Shown here: positions 11,951 to 28,024 of the stretch, one piece after another
Numbering within the stretch: position 1 is the stretch's first letter
Layout: the number at the start of each line of letters is the position of its first letter
Assembly: GCF_000315625.1 (NCBI RefSeq)
Contig: NW_005434671.1
Coordinates: 476,078 to 540,077 of the forward strand
DNA from: Guillardia theta CCMP2712
Taxonomy: Eukaryota > Protista > Cryptophyta
Direction of reading: 5' to 3'
DNA length: 64,000 bases
Made by a program: the position numbers and the translations under genes
The notes under the pieces: generated by a model
Told to the model about the DNA's origin: nothing
What the model saw: the letters and a program-made list of their open reading frames with translations, nothing else
Database searches by the model: none

Positions 11951-13999
11951 TCATCCAAGCTTCCCGATCGTTTCCTTGTGCGTCAAGCTAGCGATCCCAC
12001 CTTCCACCATGGACGCGAAGATCCCCGAAACGGTGAAGACTCCCCCGACAATGGCGCAGAGTTTGGTCAGGAAGTGATAGTTGGACTCCCTCGACGTCTT
12101 GACCTGTCACATCAAGATAAGTGAGCGACGCCTGGCATGTGGCAGCCCTTCTTACATGCACGATGATGGGGAGGATGTCGTAGTTGATCCGAGCGGTGGG
12201 AACTTCGGCGTATCTCTGCACCTTGTTCGTGTGGACCACATAGCCGTGGGCCTCCACTGGTGGGATGCCCCAGCTGCGAGGGAGCTCGACCACGTTCTTG
12301 ACAACCTTCACGTAATGCTCCCAGACTGTCGGAGTCCTCTCCTGCGAGAAGGCGATGAGAAGCGTTAGAGGACAGAGAGGAGGAAGTGAGAATAGGGGTC
12401 CAAGGACAGACGGAATTGGCTTACCTCGCTGAGGAACTTCTTGTCGTCGAGAGAGCCTACAGCCTGCGCGATGTCTGGAGGCATCACAACCCATGCTGTC
12501 TCTGACAGGAAGGGGCCAAAGGAAAGATGGTTGACAGTGTGAGAGACATCCATAGTAGCCCAGTTGAACTCATGCCCATCTAGAAGGGAGTAGGAGAGGG
12601 AGAGGTAAGAGACCAATCATACAATGCTAGTAAACCCTACCTGAAACTGCCTGCAAGATGATCGATCCAGGAGCTCGTTGCACATGCAGCATCCCAGCGA
12701 CCTTTCAAACTTTCGTCAGATGGGATCTCGGGAGTGGAAGCACTAGGACGCAGAACACACAGTGACATGGAGCGAGCATGGACAAGATTCTCACCATGCA
12801 ACCCACTCCGTTGTGACTTTCCTTCTCGCCATCCTGTTCCTTGTCCACCACCCGGGATTTCGGGGCCTGCTCTGCTCTCATGCGCTCGTACACTCTCCCG
12901 CAGGCATACCTGGAGGTTCACTTGCTTCATCAGGTGCTCTGCCCATGACACGATGGCGTCGACAGAGCGCTCCCCATGGTACTTCTCGTGGTCCTTATCG
13001 AGAGGATCGTCCTGCCACCACCTCGTTACCATCCGCCTGAGGAGGATCGGCCTCGTGAGTCTTCACCTTGCGGAAGACCATGATGGAGGGGAAGGCATCG
13101 ATGTGGTACTTGGTGCACAACGACTCGGCTTTGTCCGAGGTGCAGTCCACCTTGGCCAGCACCAGTCGCGCGTCGTCCGGGTGGGCCTCCCCAAACTTCT
13201 TCGCTGACTTCTCCCACACCGGCTCGAGCTTTTGGCACCAGTGGCACCAGGGGGTGTAGAAGTTGACGACCAAGATCTTTTAAACAGCGTCACCGTCCTC
13301 GATCCCCCGAGCGCCCGCCCTACCTCGTGCTCGAAGCGGTGCTTGTCGAAGTCTCCTGCTGTCAGAGTGATCAGCTTCGATTCGCCTTCGTGCGGCGCCT
13401 CGTCAATCGTGTGCTTCAGGTTCTTCCTCTCCTTGTGCACCCCGAGCTGCCTCCCGTTCTTGTCCAGGTGCACCTTGGTCACCTTCGAAGAGATGCCTGC
13501 GTCGTGGGTCCCCATGAAGTTTGCAGCATCCACACTTGCGTACTCGCACGACAGATGGTTGAAGGTGAAGTTGAAGTTGATCTGCAGCAGGCTGTCTGCT
13601 CCTGTCTTCATGTGGCTGTAATGGTCGAGCACGACAGACGTCTCGCTGTTGAGCGCTCTCCACGCAAAGATCTGCGCAGGGCCAGGAATCAACAGGGCAC
13701 AGAGAGGACCAGCGGGATGAAGACCTGGGCTACGATGAGGTACACCATCAGCACACCGGTCAAGATGGAGATGATGGAGCCAGTGATAGTGCCCTCTGTG
13801 AGCTCGGCATTGAGATCGTGCTTGATCTTGCGCCAGCTGCCACCAAAGGATCAGTAAAGGATCGGAGCAAACACTCGCTCGGCTGGGTGGCGGGTGAGGC
13901 AGAGGAGGACAGGGACAGGCAAAGGGAAAGAGGGAGAGGAAGAAGGAGCAGGAGCAGGAGGAGCAGGAGGAGTTTTGCCACATTCTACCTCAGCGCCAT
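11951..13999 (-). CDS. PDI-C type protein: ERGIC3/Erv46-like with an internal thioredoxin domain
   Basis: ERGIC_N region LTEGTITGSIISI...LQINFNFTFNHLSCEYASVD, thioredoxin motif FYTPWCHWC, COPII-coated ERV region (VSHTVNHLSFG, EHYVKVV), and C-terminal ...IGKLG*. Confidence 0.88.
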
Positions 14000-15196
14000 C
14001 TGAGCTAGCGTCGGCATTGCCCGTGACGTTGCAATACAATGTACCCCCGTCCCCACTCATCCACTCATCGCCCTCGCACCCAACCAGTCAACTCAGGACC
14101 CGCCTCAGGTCGGTAAATCCGATGGGTGAGAGGAGGGAGGAGGGGCTTCATCCTACAACTGCCACCCTACCCCTTACATGCGACCCGCCACCGTTAGGGA
14201 GTGACCACCGTCACGGCAGGAAAGCACCCACCCGTATCGATTGGAAGGACCCCATCCGACGCCTCAGATCTCTGGTGATGAACAAAGAGATAAAAGGATG
14301 TCATACTTTTACTAGTGCTCTTCTTATGTTTTTCTTTCTCTTGCCATATTATGAGGGCGTCTCCAAGTTGAGACCCCCCCACAAGTCTCCATTCAAGGAC
14401 CACCCACCTGTTTCATTCACTTGCCACCCCTACCCCCTTTTCAGAACCACCCTGCACCACCGAGTAAAGTTGGAGTAATAGTACCCCAGATCGCTGGTGG
14501 TACGGCCATGGCCGTCCTGCCCCGAATTCCTTCTCTCCCCCTGCCCTCCCCCTCCCTCTCCTCTTCTCCCTTCCTTCCTCCCTCCCTCCCTCCTCCCTCT
14601 TTATATCTCATGGTCCTGTCTCCAGTTATCCTTCTCTCGACTTGTATGCCCTCCCTCCCTCCCTCCCTCCCTCCCTCCTTCCGTCCTATCCTTGAACATG
14701 CTTGAGTGGTCATGCCCAATGGCTTGCAGCTGATCATATTCCGTACTGGTGTCACGATTTCCAACCTTGGTCTTGACTTTAAGTACTGCTGTACTTATTT
14801 TCTCCTTCCTCCTGTAGCCGTTTGTGTGTCTCTCTAGCGCTTCCTAGCTCCTCTGCCCTCGCACTGCACGCTTTCATTTCTTACCACCGTGTTCCCATTG
14901 CTGCATAATGATTGTTCATCTCTTTTTCCTCACTTTGCTATACACCTGTGCGTTTATCACTGCATTCACTGCATAAAGCACATTTCTTGCACCTCGACCA
15001 TTCACTGTCCAGATGCTCGTTCTAAACTTGAAGAACCAATTTCTAAGCACTTTTTTCTTGACTGATGTGGCTTCTGCCCATTTCTTTGGTGCACACAACG
15101 CTTTTAACAGCTTTTTGTGATCAGATTTTCGTCTGCTTGCTCGTTAGCTGAGTCTTGGATCCTGCGGAGGGGGTTTGACCACTGTAAGTCTTCAAC

Positions 15197-17126
<1,930 letters not shown>

Positions 17127-17274
17127 GGCTCTTGCATCATACGCAAAGAGGCATCTTAGGCTAAGCTCGATTCTTTGTTTTATTATTTTACATTTTTTCT
17201 CTGTCAAAGCTAACTAGCTCTGTCAAAGCTAAAGTCCGTGCATGCTGCGATCCATTCCGAGATGTTCGCTGTGT

Positions 17275-18480
17275 CAAAGTGTGTCAGACCAGAGATGCGA
17301 GCGCGTGAGAGGGAACCACCTGTCTTCCTCGCGCTTGCTCGGGAAGCCGTTGAACTCAGCGGATTGTCGGTATTGGACAGGTTCCTCATCCGTATTGCTC
17401 TAGGTCAGACAGTCAGTCACCATTCACCTACGAAGGGAGAGAGATCTGACCCTCTTCCATCTCTGCCGCAGCTTCTGAAACCAGGTCCTCTTGCCGAAAC
17501 CTTTCTCAGCCTTCGGAAGCGATCTGCCGCCAAGCTCAACACCCTCTCACGACACGTCAAACAGCATACGGAGATGTACTGAACATCAGCTCTCCACTGA
17601 AGAGGCTGTTGGCATAGGCACACCATGACTCCCTAACATTCGCATCAACCGCACAGCAACAAGCGAGGGTACCGACACTCACCCGTGGTTGGGTTGTAGT
17701 TGCATTACGAGGTTGTGCTGTTCTTTCGCTTCCTCTGGACAACCTTGCAGAACGAGTAGAGCAGAGAAATGATCCAAAGTTCGGACATGCTGCGCATCAA
17801 GGGCTAGAGATTGTTGATAGAGCTCCTTCGCCCTGGCAAGATCTTCCCACACACTTTGATGCAGCAGCCCCAGATACGCCAGTGAATTGCACCTTATCTC
17901 CCGATCGCATCCAAGTTCCAGCGCCTTTCCATAATACTTGGCTGCTGCCTCATAGGCGTTGCACTCGTGTTCTAACCTCGCGAGGTTGTAAAGTGTTCTG
18001 TACATATTCGGTTGAATCGCGAGTGAGCGCACATACAGGCATCGAGCTACATCAAACATTCCCCGTTTGTGATTCAGAATCGCAAGGCCATGCAATGCTT
18101 TGATGTTATCTTGGTCGGCTTTTAAGATTTTTGTGTAAATATTGCTGGCAGCGTCCAAGTTTTTCTCCTGCATGAAGCGTGAAGCATGCAGGCAGAGCTT
18201 GTCTGCGTTTGCTTTCAGCTCTTCCTTGTCCTCGGAGTCACCGAGGAGACTCAAGAGGCTTTTGCTTGATGGACTGTGTGGACCCACCATGCCGGGTTTG
18301 ATGTTTTCCAAGTCTCCAGGTGATTCGCTCATAGCACAGGAATGTTGCTGGCATTCAATTGAGGGAGCCCCACCCTACAAGTCCTTCCTGTCCCAGAAAG
18401 GTTTCAGAAGCTGTTACAAGTCAATGAAAGAATCCCCAACGCTTGCTCGCTCGTTGGTTGACTCTCCCTCTCTCTGATCA
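17275..18480 (-). CDS. TPR-repeat protein (ends approximate)
   Basis: ORF 17679..18332 contains several 34-aa TPR-like units (ALHGLAIL..., TLYNLARL...YEAAAKYYGKALEL, LAYLGLL...AKELYQQSLALD). Confidence 0.75.
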
Positions 18481-18899
18481 ACTTGTTTGTCTCCCCCCCC
18501 CTTAATATCGCATCGCTTTGAACTTCTTCTCTGTCTGTCGGAATCAATGCAGTAGGCATCTACGTATCTACGTATGTACGGAACTATCTATGCATCTACC
18601 TGCCTCCCTCCCTCCCTCCCTCCCTCCCTCCACTCCACTCCACTCCACCACCTACTCTGCGTCCTACAAGATGCGCCTGTTTTTAACATAGGTTCTTAGT
18701 GTTCAAATGTTTCTTTTATCTTTCAAATTCTCTCCAAGAAATTCAGTTCAGCCCCACCCCAAAGGCCGGAGGAACAAGCATGCTCGGATAAACCTTTTCG
18801 ACGTAACCTAGTAGCCTCATTGATGAGTGAAGACTTCCTCTGGTCTCCCATCATCTCAGATGCCCGGCTGTTCACTGTGAACCAGCGGCTCACTCAGTT

Positions 18900-19640
18900 G
18901 CCGCGCCACCTCGCCGGAACTCAGTGAGCCTGAGCGACCGTACGGTAGAGTCAGTGACTACTAAGCCGCCCCCGGCCGGGCTGGGCCCGGCCCGGCCGGG
19001 CGCGGCGCGGCCGGGCAGCCGGGCGGGTCCCGCCGGCCCGATCACCGCACCGTCACTGCACCCGGGTTCCGCGTCACGGTCCCGGAATCATGAGGAGTCC
19101 GGCCGGGCGGCCGCGGAGTCCGGCCGGGCGGCGGCCGCGGCGGCGGCCGCGCGGGGGGGGTGGCCCTGCGGCACTTCAGTACGCCGGTACCGGCGGTCCG
19201 TCGCCGGCCTCACTGCGCCGCCGCGGCCGACCGTCGCCGGGCTCGGACTCGCCGAGACCGTACGGTCCTGAGCGCCCTGGCACGCCCTGAGCAGTGTCCG
19301 TGACGGTCCGGGTGACTGCGGCCCCCGGCCGCCCAGGGCAGGGCATCATCGGGTGTCTCAGCCTTCCTGAGGGCCGTGCCACGGCCGCCCGGGGCGCGCG
19401 CGGCGGCCCTTCCGAACTTCCCGGCGAAGTCACGCGGCCACGGTTCGGTCCCCCGGCCCGGGCCGGCGGGGCCGGATCGGGCCCCGGCCGGGGCCCCGCG
19501 GTTTGTGCCAGGCCGCCCTGAGGGCGCGGAGGCCGGGCCGCGGTCCTGACTCCCGGTCGCGGCCGGGCCGCTGACTGGGTGCCTCGGACGGTGCAGTAGT
19601 AACGGCCGCGCCGGGTGGGCGGGACCTGGGGCGCGGCGGG
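18900..19640. other. GC/CpG-rich, micro-palindromic intergenic block between divergent genes
   Basis: Very high GC with CCGG, CCGTACGG and GTGAC/GTCAC motifs. Similar blocks lie at ~4020, 5540-5760, 29210-29740, 35300-35680, 41590-42090, 43930-44520, 57130 and 60180-60530. Confidence 0.7.
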
Positions 19641-19855
19641 ACATAGGGGGTGGGTACGAGGAGGGATGTGGCCACCTTCCCAAAAGGGAAAGAAAACTCT
19701 CCGCCCCCCCGCTCCCCCCCATTCCCCGCTCGGCCCTTCCTCCACCGCCCCTCCCCCCACCCCTCCTCCTCCTCCCTTGCCGTCAGATCTATCCCTTTAT
19801 CTTCCCTTGACGCGGCAAGGCAGCTCACCACCAGTCTCATACAATCCAGGACGCC

Positions 19856-22784
19856 ATGTCGTCAAACCTGTCTTCCCCTGTTAAAGGCGCCTCCTCTGAG
19901 GTTGCGGCGACGAGCTCTCCTGCTGCTGTCAACGCCACGAGCTCACCAGCAGTCCCTAACACTCCATACTCTGCTCCTAGAACACCTGGAAGTGTTGCTG
20001 GCGTTCCGAGGACCCCCAGGAGCAACAGCGCGAGAAGGAGTGCGTCTGTACAGCCCAGCCCTTCTCGGTCCGATCTTGGCAGAAGAGGACAGCAGATCAG
20101 GGCGGATGCGGGCATCGATGCCACATCTGAGAATCCTAGAACATATATCTGGGGCACAAAGTGAGAGCATGTTTGATGTTGTTGCTCCATGCTGACATCC
20201 CTCGCCAGTATTGAGGTGCAGGCAACTAAAGAGGCTGCGAGGAGATTCTTCACGCAGTACAAGCGACCCGGATCAACAGAAAATCTTTATATCCAACTCT
20301 TGCAGCAGGTCCTTTGTGCTCTGCTCCATCTCCACTGGATGCTGACTCTGACCTCTAGGCTCATGCACGCAAGACATTTTACATCAACTTAGATTGCAGA
20401 CATGTCTTCTCTTTCGACGGCTCGCTCTACGACAAGCTTGTACAATACCCAACGGTGAGCTGGACATTCGAGCTCTCACCAGCGACTGATGGCGTCTCAC
20501 AGGAAACTATCACCATCTTCGACGTGGTCATGAGCGAACTGCATGCGGAATTGACCGCGGACGACCCCGACGCTTCGTCCCTCTCGATGCAAGTCCGCAC
20601 GTTCAACCTCATCGACACGGCCGTCATGAGGAACCTGAACCCATCGGACGTGGACAAGCTCGTCTGCCTCAAGGGCATGATCATCAGGACCAGCGCTGTG
20701 GTCCCGGACCTTCAGCGAGGGTACTTCGAATGCCTCACCTGCCAGGCAGCGGAGGAGGTGGACATCATGAATGGCCGTATCCAAGAGCCCACGAGCTGCA
20801 AGTACTGTAAGGCGTCGAACTCGATGGAGCTCAGGCACAACCGCTGCCTCTTCAAGGACAAGCAGCTGGTGAGGCTGCAGGAAAACCCGGAGGACATCCC
20901 ACAGGGCGAGACTCCGATGACTGTCAACCTCTGCGTGTTTGAGGACCTTGTGGACGCGGCGAAGCCAGGAGACAGGATGGAGGTCACTGGCATCTATCGC
21001 GCGCAGCCAATTCGCACGCAGAGCAGGACGAGGACGTTGAAGTCAGTGTACAAGACGTACATCGACGTGATCCACTTCAAGCGGACGGAGAAGTCGAGGA
21101 TGGGAGATTCTTCGTTTTCCACGGACGAGCTGCAGGAGGACAACCGCCTTGAGAAGGAGATCGAGCAGAGAGTGAGCAGCAACCTCCCTCCTCCCTCCCT
21201 CCGTCCCTCCTCCTCCCTCCCTCCCGCCTCTGACTTGCTGCCTCCTGCAGAAACAACGTGCGTTGAAGCTCGCGGCGGACCCTAACATCTACCAGAAGCT
21301 CATCGACTCCTTCGCTCCAAGCATCTACGAGATGGATGATGTCAAGAAGGGCCTCCTCTGCCAGCTCTTCGGCGGTAGCAACAAGTCCTGCAAGGGCGCC
21401 TCCTCCGGCCGCTTCCGAGGAGACATCAACGTCCTCCTCGTAGGAGACCCCGGCGTTTCCAAGTCCCAGCTCCTCCAGTACGTCCACAAGATCGCCCCCA
21501 GGGGGATCTACACGTCGGGTAAGGGAAGCTCGGCAGTGGGTCTGACGGCCTACGTGAAGAAGGACCCGGAGACTAAGGACATCGTACTCGAGAGCGGGGC
21601 CCTGGTGCTCAGCGACCGAGGCATCTGCTGCATCGACGAGTTCGACAAGATGTCTGAGTCAGCGCGTGCGATCCTGCACGAGGCGATGGAGCAGCAGACT
21701 ATCTCGGTGGCCAAGGCAGGGATCATCTGCAGCCTCAACGCCAGGACCTCCATCCTTGCGGCCGCCAACCCCATCCAGAGCAGGTACAACCCGCAGCTCT
21801 CCGTGGTGGAGAACATGAATCTTCCTCCCACGCTGCTGTCAAGGTTCGATCTCATCTACCTGGTCCTGGACCAGCCGAACCCAACGACGGACAGGAGGCT
21901 GGCCAAGCATCTGGTGTCGCTCTACCTCAAGAACCCTCCTCGCCTCGCCCAGTCCATCCTCTCCCTCGAGGAGTTCGCGGAGTTCGTGTCCTACGCCAGG
22001 AACGAGTGCCATCCTGTCCTCAACGACGATGCCAAGACGGCGCTCATCGACGGCTACGTGCAGATGCGGCGCATGGCCACGAGCAGGAACACCATCACCG
22101 CCACCCCCCGTCAGCTCGAGTCCATCATCCGCCTAGCAGAGGCGCACGCCAAGATGCGCCTGGCTAATGAAGTGGAGACGATCGACGTGGAGGAGGCGAT
22201 GAGGCTGCTCAGAGTGGCGACCCAGAGCGCAGCAACGGACCCGAGGACGGGAAGGATCGATATGGACTTGATCAACACCGGACGCAGCGCCTCCTCCCGC
22301 GTCCGTATCGCCCAGCTGGTCAACATGCTCAAGCAGAAGCTCGTCGAGGTGAGGACGCTCTCCCTTGCTTGTGCTGCTTGCTGACGTTTTCTGGCAGCGG
22401 CTGGCAACGGGGACGATGAGTTTCCAGTCGCTGGTGGAGATGGTGCAGGAGGAGAGCTCTGTGGTGAGCGACTCTTCCTCCTCCTCCTCCTCCTCCTCCT
22501 CCCCTCCTTGTCCTCTTCTCCTCTTTTGCTTCTCCTCCTTTCCTTTTTTCTCTTCTCGTTTTATGGAAGCGCCCTCCTCTCTTTCCATCCCTTGTCTCTT
22601 CTCTTCCCTCTCATCCCCTGCTCTCACATCAGCTCTCGCCCCTCGCTCGAGCCACAGCAACTGACTGCTGGAGCAGGAGATCTCCACCCAGGAACTGCAG
22701 GCTGCTATCCGCCAGCTCGCAGACGAGGATGCGGTTGTAACTTCCGGGCATGGCCACCACATGACTCTTGCAAGAGCGCGATAA
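19856..22784 (+). CDS. MCM4: DNA replication licensing factor MCM4
   Basis: S/TP-rich N-terminus, CxxC zinc finger, Walker A GDPGVSKSQ, IDEFDKM, SRFD arginine finger and ATPRQLESIIRL. Stop TAA at 22782-22784. Confidence 0.95.
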
Positions 22785-23037
22785 GGAGGAGGAGGAGGCG
22801 TTAGTGTTGATTTACCGGTTGCGTTAAAGTAGGGATGAGAAACAAATGAATTCAAACTCGTGAATCTTTCTTATACACGTGGAAAACTGATTCCCCTCTC
22901 CTCCTCCTCCTTCCCCTCCCCCTCATTTCTCAGGGAGCTCAGCAGCCGGACGACTTCCCCTCCCCCAGCCACCCCCCGCCCCTCTACTCTCCTCTCTCCT
23001 TCCCCGACAGTCCAAACGATTGAAATGTTACACGTGA

Positions 23038-24061
23038 CTAGCTCGTCACGGAGTGTTGCTTCTTGCTGTCCCTCAGCTCCCTTTGCAGGTCCTCCACCTT
23101 CCTCTTGTCCTTCCCCACCTCCACCCTCCTCCTCAGCTGCACCAGCCACTCCCGCGCGATCACGATGCCTACTAGCCACATGGTGACCAGCACGACCGTG
23201 CACAGAGCCGCGACTGTCCGCGATCCCTTCATCTTGGCGATCACCAGCCGCCCTGCGTTCCGCTCGTCCTCCTTTGCCTCCAGCCCCTCTCTCTCTAGGA
23301 AGTTCTTCACCGCGGGCTTCAGCACAGACTGCCGGCCGGGCGAGTGCTTTCCCTGCCCGGTAACCACCGTCACATTCTTGCCCGGCGGGTTGAACGACAG
23401 GCCGTACTCGAGCGCCAGGACCGACGCGTTGGGGGACATGCTGTGCAGGTCGATGTACAGGCTGCCGTCCTCCCCCGCCCGCATGCAGGACGAGAAGGGA
23501 ACGATCTTCTCCTCTAACCCAAGCGTGAACCACCTCATCGCTCCCTTCCCATCCCCCTTCGCCATGTGCCCGTCGATGAGCGCGTTGAGGACAGTCGGCC
23601 CCAGCTGGCAGCCATTCCTCCTCATCTCCTCGAACTTCCCCCCCGCCTCCTCCAGCCTCCCCGCCAGGCACAAGGCGAAGATGACGGAGGTGTAGACGTG
23701 AGACGTCAACGGCCCCCGCCTCCTCTTCAGCTCCTCGAACAGAGCCAGGGCCTTGTCCGTCTCTCCCGCACGCCCATGGGTGGCAATGAGGATCGAGATG
23801 GTACTCCCGTCCGGTGCAGCGCCTCCCCCCAGCTCCCACTTCCTCATCAAGTCCATCTCTGGGAAGTTCTTTTGCCCCCCGTCCTCCTGCTGCCCCTCCT
23901 GACTCGTCGGCGGCTGCGGTGGACTCCCCGGCTGCGGTCCTTCCCGGTCTCCACTCAAGTGCTTCTCCTTGGCATGGAAGTTCTCGTCGCACACAAGAAA
24001 GTCCAGAATCAACCTAAGGACACAAAGCTTCAATGAAAAGATCATGGTTGTATTGCATCGT

Positions 24062-24123
<62 letters not shown>

Positions 24124-25317
24124 CCCTCTTCTAATCCTGAACTCTCTCCTTCTTCCCAAATCCCAGCTTCTACCGCTTGTCTTCTGTCCGAACTTCCCTC
24201 CGACTCCCCAGCCCTCCTTTCCTTACCTTGGCTCGAACTGCGAGTCTATTCCGAAGTTGTGCATGTTTGAAATAAGGTTGTACATGTTTTGCATCTTTCC
24301 GCTCCTTGATAGAGTTCGCATGATCGCGTTAAATGCTCTCTTGTCCAACATGATCTGAAATAACCAACATCAACATCAACATCTTCACCGTCGTCATCGA
24401 CAGTAAAATTGTCATCGACAGTAAAATTTTCATCCACAACACATCCTTCATCATCGTCGTCATCATCATTTTCATCGGCATCATCATCTTCGTCATCGTC
24501 TCCTCCTTCTCTATCTCTCCATCCATCGCAACAACAGAAACAGAGCAAGAACAGGAGCACTCACCCGCTCGCTGTCCATCTCCTCGAGGATAGCCTTCAC
24601 TTCCTCGAACATGCGGAGGTTCGCGTACCTGTCGATGAGAGGAGTGTAGGTCTGGGCAGTTGCATGCAGCCCTGCCTGCTTGACCTCCCTGATTGTCATC
24701 CTCGCCTCATACAGCTTGTTCAGTCGAGTGAACATGTACACTGCTGAGTTGTACAGTACGAGATCTGGCTTCGGGTCTCTGCGCTTGAACGTGTTCCAGA
24801 ACTTCTCTGCTTCGGAGTAGCCATGGTTGCGGCAGAAGGCGTAGATGACGATCGAACGCAGATGATTGTCTCGGAGGCTGTCCCTAGCCTCCAGCTCCTC
24901 AACGATCTGACGGACTTCCTGCATTTTCCCCTCCTCCTGGTACTTCTTGAGCATCAGCGTGTACGTTGCCGTGGTCGGGGCGATCCCTCTCATCAGCATG
25001 CCCTGCATGAGCTCCTCTGCTTCACTGGCAGACGATGACTTGGATATCATCTCCGTGTAATGGTACACGTCCGCCTTGCCTTGCAAGCTGATAGACCGGA
25101 AGAATTGCATGCATTCGTGAGAGGAGAGCTGCTTCAGCTTCATCATGATCTGTTTGGACTCCGCGATCCTCCTCCTCTCCTCCTCCCCCTGCCTCCTCTC
25201 CTTCCCTTGCAGCCCGTCGGGTGCCTCAGCACGTGCGGCGCTCCCAGAGGTCATGGACCTCCACATAGAGCGCGCGAGCCAGAGTCTGCCCATGACGGTC
25301 TTTCCTCTTGAAGCCAT
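23038..25317 (-). CDS. PPR-SMR protein with an organellar targeting peptide (3 exons)
   Basis: Arg/Ser-rich N-terminus, multiple PPR motifs (PTTATYTLML, PDLVLYNSAV, TYTPLID), and an SMR domain IDLHSM...VVTGQGKHS...NAGRL. Confidence 0.85.
24064..24123. repeat. (CTCCTG)n intronic microsatellite
   Basis: Directly visible. Confidence 0.95.
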
Positions 25318-26592
25318 GAGCGACGCCTACGTTACCTTCTCGCCTTCAACCTCCTCTCCCCCTCCTCCTCTCCCCCTCTTCCTCCTCCTTCTATGCCCCC
25401 CCTCGTCGCCTTCCTCGCATTCCTGCACTGAAGTACCGTGGAGCGGAATCGGACCACCCCTTTCAACTACACCCCAAATAAAAAATTGACTACCGGTGTT
25501 AAAAAAAGATTTAATCAACAATCACCCCTCCTTTTATCTTGAAAATTGATTCATAGGAGGATTGCTTGCACAGCACTAGGGGGGTCATGACCCCCACCTA
25601 CACTCCGTACCCTTCCTCCAAATTCTTTCCCGTCCTCCCAAACTCGAATCCTACTCTACCACCACATTCTCTTCCTCTCTCCTCCTCCTCACTCCTCCTC
25701 TCTCCTCCTCTCCTCCTCTCTCTTGTTCCTTCCGATCCTTCTTTCTAACCCAGAATCGCACATCATCGTCCTCTTCCCCGTCTCCCTCACCCGTAATATT
25801 TGCTGTCCCCGCCCCATCCTGTTCCTCTTCCTCTCCTCTAGTGCTATACGGATCCAGCTCTTTCCTCTACATCCTCCATCTTCCTCGTCACTTCCTGCAG
25901 AATCGTTGCCAGTAACATCGCCATCTTTGCGCTTGCATGCTCGCTGATCGTCGTCCTCCCTCAATCCCCTGACCTCCACGTATAATTCACTTTCTTCATC
26001 CCACGTTTGCCCTCTTTTTCTTACCTCCCACTGCTTGCGTCCTCTCTGTCCTACATCGGTCCCTTGCCATGAACCCCTTTGACCTCGTCCCAAGCGCGTG
26101 CACCCCCCCCCTCCCCCCCCCTCTCCGTATTTTCACTGTAACACGTACCCTGAAATCCACCTTCTCATGATGCATTTCACCTCCATCCCTCTTTGTCCCC
26201 TCTTATTTCTTACGCTTCCCACCTTCGAATCCTCCAGGGTCTGCCCCCGCCCCCCCGCCAACCAAGCTCCTTCCTTCATCCATTCCACATGTTACAGTGC
26301 TCTTGAGGCCAACCTGGCCAAGGGAACCTCATTTCCTTCTTCTCTTCGCTCCTTCCCCATCCTCGAGCTCCTTGACTCTGAACGATTTGTTCACCTGCTG
26401 ACATCCTCCTTGCTCCGGAGCAGTCAGATCCAACAACCCAGCAAGACCCCAGCAGGCTCACAGCAGACCATGACCTTGTGATCGTAACTCCGACATGCTG
26501 CTGGACTTGAAATCAAGTAGCCTCCCTGCCTTGGCTGTTTGGGAGGCCCTGAGTTGCGTGCCAGCTTCTGAGATCCTGATCTCCTTCGCGCT

Positions 26593-27892
26593 ATGGTGGA
26601 TGCTCTACCTTGGCAGCAAGCTTGCACTCAGGTTGTCAGGTTGCTGTGGTTGTAATGCACCTTGACCCCCCTGCCCTCGGACAGGAATTTCCCAGTGTAT
26701 GTCTCCTGGGATGCGGTGACCCAATACAAAGCAAGAGGGCTCGTGCCATCTACAGGTTTGACCCGCACGTCGAGGAGGCTCTGGGTTGAAATGTCTTGCC
26801 GCTTCTTCAGTCTTCCTCCTCTTGATCGTTCCTTCTTCGATCTGGGCGATCGCCTACGATGATGTCAGTGACTTGACAACTTGCTGATGGCTGGGACATT
26901 CTGATGCTCTCGGGATGGCAGGAGCTCAAGCACATGCGCGTGACGGGGAAGACGGAGCTGTCGAACTCGATCATTGCGGTGGCGGCTGGCTACTTCATGT
27001 ACGACAGTCTCATCGTGTTCTGGCACCTGAAGCATGATGGGGTGAGACCATCATGTCGGACCTGCGACGATCCTTTGATGCCTTGCTGTTTCCTCTTCTT
27101 CCCATCAGGTCGCGTACCTGGTCCACGGAGTCCTCTGCATGTTCACTTACCTCATCGCTGTCATGTACCAAGTTTATCAGGTAGCCGAGCCCGTCGCTCT
27201 CCCTCCTGCAGACTGCAGGGGCTGACTCTGGTCGTGGCTGTTCAGTTCTACGGGCCTGTCTTCCTCTTGTTTGAATCCACCACTCTGTTTGTCAACGCCC
27301 GATGGTGAGGCGTCCACCACCACCCGCACCACCACCACCTCCTCCTCCTCCTACATCACCACTGCTACCACCACATCCTCTCCCTCTTCAAGACCTCAGA
27401 ACCCTCCAGGCTGCTCTACGAGTTGAAGATGACAAGCACGAGCCTCTACTTCTACAATGGTGATGCAAGAACCTGGTGCGGCGTCCTCGGAGTCGCTTAC
27501 TGTCGCTAGGTCTTGCTCTCCTGCTCTCCTGGATTTTCGTGAGGCTCGTCTTCGGATACACCTACTCCTACTTCTTCTGGATGGACACGGTATGCCCTTT
27601 TCCTCCTCCCCACCCCCAACGTGTATAGAGATGTGACCGGCTGATTGCAGCTCGACGCTCACAGCAAGAAGAATCTTGACTTCTTCATTATCCTCTGGTT
27701 CGCTTCCCCACCATCCCTGGAGCTCCACCAACCCCGTGCTGCAGGTACACGACAGCCAACATCGGGCTCAATTTCCTCAACACCATCTGGTTCTTCAAGA
27801 TTCTCAGGGTGCGGCTCACCTTGACCTCCCCTGGCTCCTTGACGTGTCTTGCACAGGGAGCTCTACGGGCCCTTCGGGGCAAGAAGGCTTGA
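26593..27892 (+). CDS. TLC-domain membrane protein (TMEM56/TLCD4-like)
   Basis: Exon motifs GYFMYD, YLVHG, LLFESTTLFVNARW, FVRL and LNFLNTIWFFKI. The start is approximate. Confidence 0.75.
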
Positions 27893-28024
27893 AGGGTTTC
27901 TTGTAAGGCGGCGTTGGATTCAAGAGAAAGATTTTGTAAATGAAAGAGAATCAAGGGAAAATGATGAAGGGTCGCAAGACTCGGGCATGTAGAAGGCAAG
28001 GTAAAAGCACTATCACAAAAGTCT

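Noticed and set aside
18924-19840. Pro/Arg/Gly-rich ORFs in GC blocks (also 29005-29931 and 44145-44633)
   Set aside because: Stop codons are scarce in very GC-rich DNA. The ORFs overlap in all frames and show no domains.
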